Assembly (NCBI GenBank): GCA_030704615.1
Contig: CM060731.1
Location: forward strand, 58,218,001-58,282,000
DNA length: 64,000 bases
From: Takakia lepidozioides
Lineage: Eukaryota > Plantae > Bryophyta
Reading direction: 5' to 3'
Part shown: in pieces, positions 22,601 through 33,670 of the stretch
How the letters are laid out: each line of letters opens with the position of its first letter
Numbering within the stretch: the stretch's first letter is position 1
Position numbers and translations under genes: made by a program
The notes under the pieces: model-generated
What the model was told of the DNA's origin: nothing
The model's database searches: none
The model's input: the letters and a program-made list of their open reading frames with translations, nothing else

Positions 22601-23678
22601 AGCATGTCTCTTCATTCTACGGTTGGAGATTAAACTTCTGGGATGAACTGACATCATGTGTTCTAGTACCATTCCAGGAGTAACAAAGCTCATATCGCCC
22701 TAATCAACAAGGGTTACATTTCGACTCATGTTTGACATGCTGTGGGCAATAGATACCTGAAACCCTCAGGTGCAAGAACCTGGGAGACCGAAAGGGGGAA
22801 ACTTCCGCTACATGAAGGTGCTGGGCACGCTATCGACTCCAGAGATTGAGTTGTGTCCATGCCCGGCATGCTTTGCTTGCCATTCAAAACTTCAGGCACT
22901 CCCAATCCTTCTCCTTTCTGTCCCAAATCTCTTTCTTGGGAATTTTCAAAATCCAGCTTGTTAGGGTTTTCTGCCCGATGGATCGCAGTGGCAAGAAATG
23001 TTTCAACATGTCTCTGCAAGCATGGTGTGCAAAAGAGACACGCACAGGTAAGCATTGGGAAAACCGAGTGCAATGCCACACTTTCCTGACAAAGCTCGCA
23101 GAAAAACAGGGCGTCCTCCATGTCATCATCAGAAAGAATCAAGAACTCTTCTCTTTCCCACTGCCGCTTTCTAGTACACAATTCTGGTTCTGCCTTCCTT
23201 CCTTTTCTCTCAATGAAGACATTTCTGGATGGGCCGGACGTATGAACTTTTGAAGTCTTCACAGAGCCACAATCCATGTCACAAGAACTGCCTCTCTGCT
23301 GATTGGCTGGACTACTGGATGATGTGGCCCATAACTTCCCTCGATGACAGTTTCCATTACCCATTTCCTTCTCTGAAAAGTTTGAGTTGCACTTTTCTGT
23401 CGACAACTTCTCCCCCTGTCTGTGTCTCTGGTTATGAGGCTCCTGCTGAGGCTTCACCGACAACTTGAATGGGCATGTAATCTCATAACAAGGTTCAGGG
23501 GAAGGCGGAGGGTCTGCAAGAATAAAAGCTGTTGCCCAGTCTCCATCTTCATCCTCATACTCACCCTTTACATATGATAGCAAACTCGATGCCCAATGTC
23601 CAAGATCCTCCCTTGACTGCGTAATTTGTTCAATCACTGGAGCCCCTTCGAGCAGCTGCTCCATTCGTTTGTACACAC
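19683..23678 (-). CDS. E3 ubiquitin ligase: RING1-IBR, SAP-like insert, then a MYCBP2/PHR-type RING-Cys-Relay (RCR) module; 5' exons unresolved (candidate exon 24582-24547)
   Basis: Phase-consistent GT-AG exons 23678-22757, 22337-21942, 21762-21543, 21137-20853, 20597-20410, 20016-19683. They encode [114 protein letters not shown] and CPLRVAHLPNGQEYCLGCSMCR, colinear with the MYCBP2 C-terminus. Confidence 0.9.
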
Positions 23679-25885
23679 CTGCATTTCATTGATGAATTAC
23701 AAGAGCTTAAGCAAAAGGCCAATATTTACAACACCACTGCCAATTGAGTTTCGTTGTCGGTAAATCCAAATGCCCTCATGCATTTGATGGACTTTGGATA
23801 GATGCGAGGAACAAGAATTTGTGATCAATATTCACAGGCAAAAAGCTTCCAAGACACCACCACCCTTTACCAGGTGCAATCCATCACATGAAAACTACAG
23901 CACCTTGCTAGAGAATACTTCTGGGACACCACTGCCCATGACTAGCAATCTATGAGTTCTATGCAGTAGCCCAGCCAGAGTTCTAAGCCAGAGTTCTATG
24001 AGTTCTGAGCTATTCCTGCTAATTTTCCTTATTCAACTTCCTTGTGACTACTGAGCTGCAAGCTCCCAAAATATCTCTCCCTCCTTGAGAACCAGTGGCC
24101 CACATGCTTATGCCCTAGGTGTTGTCAGGTCTTCATTACTCTAGGTACCTTCTTTTACTTATTCCATCTAGACTATTTATAGGAATTGAAAGCTTGGCAA
24201 GCAACAATTTGGTTTCTCTAGACAATGGCTTCAAACTGGAGCTACAGACCGTAAATAGTCCACCCACCAGCACTGTCTATGCCAAAACCGGACATATACA
24301 GAACAGCATATTCCTTAAACCCCAAGGAATCGACCAAGGACTACAGTCCAGTGGTCTAGGGGTTCATGGTAGAAACTTGAAAAACACATAGATAGGTAGT
24401 TTAGATAGTGCAAGTCATTCGATAGTGATAACTTATCCAGCCAAGTTCACTTCCAATTGTTCCGGATGCAAGCTGACCAACTGGACAACTAATTGAATCA
24501 TTGAGACTGAAATTCGGTGTAATCCTGAGCTTGCAAGGCATATTACCTCCTCAAGTATCCGAATGCTTATATCCGGTCGAATCTGAAAAACAGAACTAAT
24601 GTCCACAACCCCACGTCGAAATTATATCGATGAATAGAGATGGTTTCACACCACTTCCACACAACTTTCGTGGTAAATACTGGCAAACTACGACCGAATT
24701 CCAGTGCCGCTTGCATCAACCTGGAAATACTTCTGGACTCTTTGGACGATCTGCTAATTACAACATTAGCTGATTGCATCAACCAAACCGCGATTCTTGA
24801 CTCCATGGACAATCTGCCAGCATTATAGCATCATTCGATTTCAAAGACCATCACATGCTGCTTCTTCCAGTGCTGTCCTTTCCGACGCATCCTCTATCCT
24901 GCTTCCCAACACTCGTGGCGCCAGCTTCAACAATAAAACTGAGCCAAGATAAGGACTGTCAAACAAATTACACTAAAATTTCAGGTCACAAAGCATGCTT
25001 CTCGAAGGCAGCAATGGGCCTACAGACAGACCGTAAATCGTATCAGTCAGGCTTTCAAAAAGAGTGCATCACGGCCAGAAAGGTTCCTCGCAAACAGGCC
25101 CGGAAACGAGATTAGCATTACACAAATTCTAACTCCCCGGACTCCAGCCTGCAGCTGAGCATCACTCAAAGTAAACAGGGTTTGCGGAATGCCATGACCT
25201 AATTGAGCGCCCGCAGGAGCCCTAAACCAGCGAGATCGTTGAGGAGAACACCTCGCCCCGTCCCGCGTTCTCACTGGTCCAAATATTCTTGATTATCTGT
25301 TTTTATCTTATTGCCAGAATTTTTTTCTTTTTGTTTTCTTTATAAGGGAAAGCTAGACTCGAGTCGCCAACTTACTAGTTGTCAATTAAGTTTTTTTTAT
25401 TTTTTTTTATTTTTTAACAGAACAGGGGATTGTAGCCCGAATAAATTTTATTAATAATTATTTGGGGGGAAAATATAGATATATTTAAATGAACGACGAT
25501 CATTTACATTTTGTTTTTTTCTTTCTTTTCTTTTGGTTGGCCCTGCCCAGGCAGCCTAGGTCCACTCAAAGTTTGACAGACATTATGGATTAACGGATAA
25601 TCAATAGATGAATGGTTGGCCAGGTCCAAAGGTAAAGCCGATCTACGAACATTGAGCTATTGGATGAACTTCTTTCTTTCTGAGTTTTCAGTTTTCATCC
25701 ACATGAGAATATAATTCTTGCCAGATATATTAGAGGACAGATTGGCATACAATATCAGTTCTACAAGGCCTCTCAAACTCAAACTACTGTCAAGTCTAAC
25801 TTACATTACATTTCTATCAAGACTGTTAAGTCAAGTCACCCACTTTAGGTTATCTGTTGATAAGAAAATGAATAGGCATATATTC

Positions 25886-26435
25886 CAGTGTTGTACTGGT
25901 ATGTGCCAGTCATCCGGGGTATGTACAAGGGTGTAGGTAAGGGTATGCCATAACCAACTCGGCTGGTGTGTCATGCAACCTATACCCGGGTGTGTGTAGG
26001 ACTTAGGGTTTAGGGTTCCAAACATGCCCAATCACAGTAGCTGGCGGAGCAATACTGCGATTGCGAACAGTACTAGGGGTTTCATTTTTGCGGCTGGATC
26101 TTTGATGTGGGAAGGTGCAAACGATTGAACAGATCTGCTTTGTGATTGCAATTTTTTTCTTACCTTTTGTATGTTGCCCTCAATTTGGGTTTTTTTTTCA
26201 GCTTTGATGGAGTATGATGAATGTTGGGGTATACCATACCATTGTACATGCTGCCCCAATATGTCATTTGAGTTTTCGCCATACCCATACCTAGGACCAG
26301 GGGATCTCACAATTAGAAATATCCATACCCATCCTATAACCTAGCCTGGCCAGTCCTAATCTACACTAGGCCCTACCAGTTGGACCTACCAGGACCATTC
26401 TGGTATGCCAAAATGGACATACCGGCACAACACTG
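25886..26435. mobile_element. Second CAGTGTTG-terminated hAT-like MITE
   Basis: TIR CAGTGTTGTACTGGTATGT vs reverse complement CAGTGTTGTGCCGGTATGT (2 mismatches in 19); same terminal 9 nt as the 17851 element; no TSD seen. Confidence 0.65.
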
Positions 26436-26445
26436 GTGCAGCAAA

Positions 26446-27042
26446 ATGCATTCTATATCTTGATAAGTTTGGATTACTCTATCTTGGTCAAGGTTGTCAT
26501 GAATAGATATCTTAAAGTTGACTATAATATGCTGCTTTCGCAGTTCATTTATGAGTGATTATTGAAGTAGCTTCACTCTTTGAGATATTGCTTTTCAAAA
26601 ACAAACTTTGGTCCCATTCAAGTATCAGTCATTCCATATCTTGATAAGTTTGGATTCCTCTATCTTGGTCAAGGTAGTTCATGGGATATGTCTACGATTT
26701 TTGCAATTCCAAATACTCTTGTATCTTCTCTCTTGGACAAGGTAGCCTATGAATGTATTCCCTTTGTAAAAGGACTTTACGAATATCTTAAAGTTCACTA
26801 TAATATGCTGCTTTTGGAGTTCATTTATGAGTGATTATTGAAGTAGCTTCACTCGTTGAGATATGGCTTTTCAGAAACAAACTTTGGTCCCATTCAAGTA
26901 TATGACTAATATGACTCTTCTGTTGAACACAACAAAACACAGATGAGTTCAAAACCAAGATGAAGACAAAGGGAATACATTCATAGGCTACCTTGTCCAA
27001 GAGAGAAGATACAAGAGTATTTGGAATTGCAAAAATCATAGA
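26446..27042. repeat. Local complex duplication: direct repeats plus a 77-bp inverted repeat
   Basis: 26507-26625 resembles 26783-26902; 26448-26500 resembles 26630-26683; 26691-26767 is the reverse complement of 26966-27042 with one mismatch. Confidence 0.9.
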
Positions 27043-27328
27043 TGATGTTTGTATTGGTCAGATCAAAACCATCATAAGTGACAGAAGATCCTCAATAATG
27101 CACAAACAGTAGTGCCATTGTTGAGCCCAACCAAAAATGATATCATACTCAGTAGACAACATACGCATAGACTACTTTTGTAGCACTCCATCCCAAGCTC
27201 ACAAATGCACCTATTCTAGTTATGCAAGATTTCACAAAACTTTTTATCTTGGATATAGATTGGAGTTAGAAATGGATAGGTGCAATTCTGTCACAAGATG
27301 ATAAGAGAAATGAACATGTAATCGTCTA

Positions 27329-30300
27329 CCCTAGGTTCATAGCAGATTAAAAATGCCTAAGCAAATCTGTGATTTTTCAAGATTTATGCCTAAAAGGTTG
27401 AAAAAATAATGTGAAAGTTCCTAATTCAGTAAAATTGTCTAAAAAACTCCTACTCTATATAATTTCTATTGAAAACAAAAATAAATGCCTCCATTAATGT
27501 TTAAAAAGTATAGGCCAACTCCCTAGGTCCATACAACCTCCAAAGGACCTTCCAATGATAAGTACTAAGTACAGAATCAAGCATTACAGAAGAGGATTTT
27601 ATTTATATTTTATTTTTTGGGAGGATTTCCAAGTTAGCAGGATAAGTATTAAGGTACGCAATTATTACTGCAGATTAAGATGTGGGTATCAAGTTGTCAC
27701 CGCCTTTTGCAGTTGGATTTCTCTCTCACTCTCAAATGTCACTGCTTAATTTTATCTCGTAAGCCAACCACTTGTCGGGGTTGTTTCAACGACAGAGCAA
27801 AAAATTGAAGCACAATTTGAGCCCATTACCTTTTGATCTCGTGGTGAGTGTATTTGGGCCAGGATTTAGCCTGCGGGCTAAAAGTTGCACCTGACCTAAG
27901 CTTGGCCCAGGCAAGCCCAGGCTGGGTTCCTCCATTGTTAGCCATCTCCACATTTGCGCCCGCATCGTGTAGTGAGCTCTCGGACGCCATCTCCATTAGA
28001 AAAGACTTTTTTTTTAGGGTTTGTCTTGGGGAAGAAGAAGAGGGTACGTGAGACCTTTGGGGATGGAAGGAGAAGTTCCAAGTGATGAAAGGTGCCTGAC
28101 ACCAAATATTATGGATGAAAAATATCGCGGCCCTTCACCTTGAGGGCAGGGGGTCGGGACACGAGAGGGGCTGCCCCTGTGGTGGGGGCAGTGACGACAA
28201 TAGATACGGGGGCTAAAGCACCCTTGAGTGTCCAAGGCACGCAAGGAGGCGGAGGCGCTCACTAGGTGGAGCCCCGCACACCGGGTTGCGGTAGGGGGTG
28301 GTTCCACGAGGGGTGGTGGTAGCTTAGTGGGACTTGACATAGGACTCACCATGGGGGCAGAGACCTTGTGGTGGGAGTCGTGGGGAGTCTTGGGACTCAT
28401 CACGGTCCAATGGGACCGTGGTGAGTGGGCCAAAACTCACCGCGACTCATCACCGGGAATCGAGGGTTTTCGTGGTGGTTCGCCATAAAATGACATGGTT
28501 GTTTGTGAAACCCCCGCGGACAGTCACAAAAGTATATATAGGGAGTAGTAACCCCGAGAACGGTGCAAGCCCGTTGGTGACCAAAAACTAGTGAGTAAGA
28601 GTGCGAGCCGGAAAGCGACCAGGGTGTGGGGAGCTATTCCGGACTGCCATCGACCAAATGGAATTTCCACTAGGCCCAGTTTCTGCTTTACGTGAGACAA
28701 GTGAAGGGAGAAGGCGATAGGGAGTCGAGCCCAGATTGGATCAAGGGGATTTTGGAGAAATACCAGGATGTGATGCCGGAGGATTTTTCAAGCGGCTTGC
28801 CACCGCGAAGAGGAGTTGACCACAAGATTGAGGTGATGCCGGGATCGGAGCCGCCTGCCAAGGCGCCCTACCGGTTGAGCCACAGAGAGTTGGTCGAGCT
28901 GAAGACTCAGCTCAAGGATCTAATGTCAAAGGGGTACATCCGGCCGAGTAAGTCACCTTACGGAGCCCCGGTGCTATTCGCAGACAAGAAGGATGGGACG
29001 CTGCGGATGTGTGTCGATTACAGGGCTCTAAATAAGGTGACTATCAAAAACCGGTACCCTTTGCCAAGGATCGACGACCTCTTTGATCGGTTGGCAGGAG
29101 CGAAGTATTTCAGTCGGATCGATTTGTGCTCCGGCTACCATCAAATTCGAGTGGCGGAAGGAGACGAGGAGAAGACCGCGTGCAGGACAAGGTATGGTTC
29201 ATATGAGTTCTTGGTGATGCCTTTTGGGCTCACCAACGCACCCGCGACCTTTAACACGCTAATGAACAGCCTTTTCCAGGAGTGGTTGGATGTGATCGTG
29301 TACATCGACGACATCTTGGTGTACTCGAAAACAAAGGAAAGCACCTGGAGCACCTAAAAAAGGTGTTCCAGAAATTATGGGAAGAGAAGTTGTATGCCAA
29401 AGCTTCAAAGTGCGAATTCGGGGTCACAAAAGTGGAGTTCCTGGGGCAGGTGATTACACAGGATGAGATAAAAATGGATGACAGAAATGTGAGGGCGATC
29501 TTGGACTGGAAGCCTCCGACTTCGGTCCCGGGAGTGCGATCCTTCTTAGGACTCGCCTCCTATTATCGAAAGTATGTGAGAAATTTTGTCAAGATCGCGG
29601 GGCCGTTGTCAGACCTTCTGTGTAAATCCAAGGTATGGGTATGGAACACCTTTTGTGGCCAAGTTTTTGCCGAGTTGAAGCAGCGGATGGCGGAAGCTCC
29701 AGTCCTGAAAATCCCGGAGTTCGACCACCCATTTGAGATTCATACGGATGCATCAGACTTTGCGATTGGAGGTGTACTCATGCAGGATGGACGTCCAGTG
29801 GCTTACGAAAGTAAGAAACTGAATGAAGTGGAGCGACGGTGGCCAACGCACGAGAAAGAGATGAAAGCGGTGGTGCATTGCCTTGAGCTTTGAAGCCACT
29901 ATGTTGGTTCCAACCCGGTGAAGGTGTTCACGGACAATGTCACGGTGAAGTATTTTGCCACGCAGCCTAAGTTGTCCCCAAAACAACTTAGGTGGCAAGA
30001 CACTTTAGCGGTGTTCGACGTGGATATCCAGTACAAACCGGGACGGGACAATGTGATGGCCGATGCTTTAAGTAGAAAGCAACAGCTCATGCTAGTGTAC
30101 AAGGGCGAGACGGCGCTCCAAAGGAAGATCCGGAAGGCTTACCGGAAGGATGAGATGGCGAAGTCCGTGATGCGGGACTTGAGGATGGGGGTTAAATCAC
30201 AGTTCCACTTGCAAAATGGACTACTCCGGTATAAGCAAAAACGTCTCTACGTGCCGAAGGGAGGGATCAGAGATAGTCTCTTGAGAGAATGTCATGATGG

Positions 30301-33300
30301 CCAGCTTTGCGGGCCACGGCGGAGCCAAGCGCACCGCAGCACTCTTGAAGAAAGAGTATTTCTGGCCCAAACTGAGGGAGGAGGCCAAGGAGTATGTCAA
30401 GACATGCACCATATGCCAACAAAACCGGAGCGAGTACAAAAAACAAGCGGGGCTGTTACAACCCTTGCCGATTCCAGAGGGGTCTTGGGAAAGTGTCTCG
30501 ATGGATTTCATGACTGCTATGCCGCCGTCAAAAGGATTCGATGCAATCATGGTGGTGGTGGATAAGTTCAGTAAAATGGGCCATTCCATCCTCACCAAAG
30601 AGACGGCAATGGCGCATGAGACGGGGTGACTTTACTTCGCCCACGTCTTCAAGCATCATGGACTCCCGAAGAATATTGTCTCGGACCGCGATCCAAAGTT
30701 TACAAGTAAGTTTTGGAGGGCACTTTGGAAGAAAATGGGGACGAGGCTCAAAATGAGCACCGCCTTCCGACCTACGACGGACGGCCAAACGGAAAGGGTG
30801 AATTCCGTGGTGAAGCAGATCTTGCGGAATAACGTGTTGGCAGACCAATCGGATTGGGTGGAGCATTTGGATGCGGCAGAGTTCTGTTATAATAACACAA
30901 AACATTCCGCAACGGGAGTTTCCCCCTTCGTATTGGTTTGTGGAAAAGCACCTCTGGTGCCGACAAGTTGGGCCGCCCAAGACGTTGAGGAACCGGTAGC
31001 AGCGGCACTGCTGAAAGAACGCGAGCGTTTGTTGAAGCTCGCAAAGTACAACATTGCCAAAGCTAGGAAACGGTATGAACGGCAGGCGAATCGGAAGCAG
31101 ATGGAGGTTAAGTTTGAGGCAGGCATGGAGGTCTGGCTGAACATCAAAAATTTTCGACTACCTCCGGAAGTGAGTCCGAAGTTCGTACCTCCGTATGCGG
31201 GACCTTTTCGCATCCGGAAGGTTATGAATGAGGATGTGTATGAACTGGAGCTACCGGCAAACAGCAAGGTGCATCCGGTATTCCACGTCTCCCTTTTGAA
31301 GCCTTACTTCAAATATGAAGTGCATCCGAATCGGCCTCAAGTGTTGCGTCCGCCACATGTGCTGTTGGATCATGAAAATGAACCTGAGTACGAGGTGGAG
31401 GCAGTGTTTAAGTCGAGGAGGTTCAAGAATCGAGAAACGGAGTATCTCGTGAAATGGAAGGGCTATCATCATGTGGAGGCATCTTGGGTGCGTGCCTAAG
31501 AAATGGGGAATACATCCGAGGCAGTTACAGCTTTCGAAATGCGACCTCAAAAGCGGAAAAAATGTTGATGGGGACATCAACCTTGGAGCGTGGGGGAGGA
31601 AATGCATACTTAGCCCGGCTTAGCTAGCTCAGTAATCCGATTGCAAAAACTTGTATTGTACAAATTTTGTTATAAATGAAATGGTTTCCAAATGTTGTGC
31701 GTCTTATTTTGTTTGGAATGGTGATGCATGGTATGGTTGGCTAGTGTATAAAATGCATGCTAAGCTTACAAAGTGGGAAAGGTAAATTGGATTAATCGTG
31801 TGTTTGTGTAGTGTTGAAATCGGGTGACTCCCACCCAAGGGGCAAAGAAACTTGCACCTTCGTTGGGAGTTCACGTGCTAGTGCGCGCCTGGCGCGTGCG
31901 TGTACTATAACTGCGCTACCGAGGGGGTTGTCTTGTAGTGTGGGCTAACGCGGAAGCTACGTGCTTCCGTTCACGTACTATAATCATGTAGCCTCGGGAC
32001 GAAGTTGTAGTGCGGCTTCGGCGTGTTCCCGTACCTCAGGCCAACATTCCAAGGCGGACCCAATTGTAGTGATTGGGGCGCACAGTTGGTTCAAGGTTAT
32101 CTTCCTAGTCAAAAAGGGTTCAAGGCGAACCCTTGCTCAAGGTGATGCCAAGAAGTGACATCACGAGCGGTCGCAAGCAAATGTTGTTGCAGTAAGGCGA
32201 TTCGATCCTTGGGGATGATCGTTCCTTGGCCCTGAAGTGGGTCAAGAAGAGTGCACTGGGAAGAGCTTGAGAGGCCCCAACCTTGGCCGGGACTTGGAGG
32301 AAGTCGGCCGAACTAGTTAGTGGAGAGTAGAGTCAAGTGGGGGTTTAGTTCTTAGCCATGGGATGCTATGGTGCGGAAACAAACTCCTTGATGTGGGACG
32401 CCACAACTTGGATGTTCGTTTCTACAAAATAGACAAGTCGATGAGGACATCGACTACCTATTGGTAGGGGTGTGTGTCACGGCCCTTCGCCTTGAGGGCA
32501 GGGGGTCGGGACACAAGAGGGGCTGCCCCTGTGGTGGGGGCAGTGGCAACAATAGATGCGGGGGCTAAAGCACCCTTGAGTGTCCAAGGCACTCAAGGAG
32601 GCGGAGGCACTCACTAGGTGGAGCCCCGCACACCGGGTTGCGGTGGGGGGTGGTTCCACGAGGGGTGGTGGTAGCTTAGTGGGACTTAGTGGGGGTGGCA
32701 TAGGACTCACCATGGGGGCGGAGACCTTGTGGTGGGAGTCGTGGGGAGTCTTGGGACTCATGACGGTCCAATGGGACCGTGGACCGTGGTGAGTGGGCCA
32801 AGACGCACCGCGACTCATCACCGGGAATCGAGGGTTTTCGTGGTGGTTTGCCATAAAATGGCATGGTTGTTTGTGAAACCCCCGCGGACAGTCACAAAAG
32901 TATATATAGGGAGTAGTAACCCCGAGAATGGTGCAAGCCCGTTGGTGACCAAAAACTAGTGAGTAAGCGTGCGAGCCGGAAAGCGACCAGGGTGTGGGGA
33001 GCTATTCCCGACTGCCATTGACCAAAGGGAATTTCCCCTAGGCCCAAATTGGGAGAGGGTCTTGTGGAGGAGTAAAGGGGGACCATTATGTCCCGGTGAG
33101 CAGCCGAAGCTCCGAGTTGGCCCGGTGGCCAGTTAGGGAGTTAGGCGCGCGCATCAGAGCGAGTAGCTATGACTTGAAGGGGAGCTTACCGAATTGAGGT
33201 GCGCGACAAAAAATGTGTAATTTACATAAATCATTTTTCAAAGTGCCTAAAAAGAATATTTCAAATTTAATAATTATTAGGCACTGGGGTGCCTAATCTG

Positions 33301-33314
33301 CTATGAACCTACGG
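27329..33314. mobile_element. Tc1/mariner (pogo-like) MITE of ~0.9 kb, split by the chromovirus insertion
   Basis: TIR CC(C/G)TAGGTTCATAGCAGATTA at 27329-27349 and 33294-33314; TA at 27327-28 and 33315-16; TGCCTAA subterminal repeats at both ends. Confidence 0.75.
28123..33208 (+). mobile_element. Ty3/gypsy chromovirus (Galadriel-like), internally deleted and defective
   Basis: 5' LTR 28123-~28678 (truncated); 3' LTR 32475-33208 (TGTC..GACA); AAAAA TSD; purine tract before the 3' LTR. pol remnants 28692-31499: RT (YIDD), RNase H (TDASD, HEKEM), integrase, chromodomain (EYEVE..YLVKWKGY), with stops at 29891, 30627 and 31497 and frameshifts. No PBS, gag or protease. Confidence 0.93.
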
Positions 33315-33419
33315 TATGCTTGCAAGGCACTTTCAAACCTCCAAAAGAAACATCCTCCCTGCATAGAAATGGGGGTAGTAGCCAAAAAGTGAAGCGGCTC
33401 TTAGTTGCATCATCTCGAG

Positions 33420-33670
33420 TCTCTCACCTCATGGAAGACAAGTACTACGCGTTGGTTTGGGGCATCATGCATAATTTTCAACAATATCTTTATTAGACCC
33501 CTTTCACGATAATGACCGATCGTAAACCCCTGGGATGGTTGGCTATTATGAATGATGCATACGGAAGGAGATGACAATATATCGTGATGTTTCAAGACTA
33601 TGACTTTAAGATCGTCCATAGAGCCAGTAACAAACATGCCAATATGGACGCTCTAAGTAAATATCGTGCG
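33420..33670 (+). mobile_element. Old Ty3/gypsy RNase H remnant
   Basis: Degraded YALVWGIMH..TDRKPLGWL and FQDYDFKIVHRASNKHANMDALS. Confidence 0.65.

Noticed and set aside
17851-26435. Composite transposon mobilising the RCR gene between two related MITEs
   Set aside because: No target-site duplication at the outer ends, and each MITE has its own TIR pair
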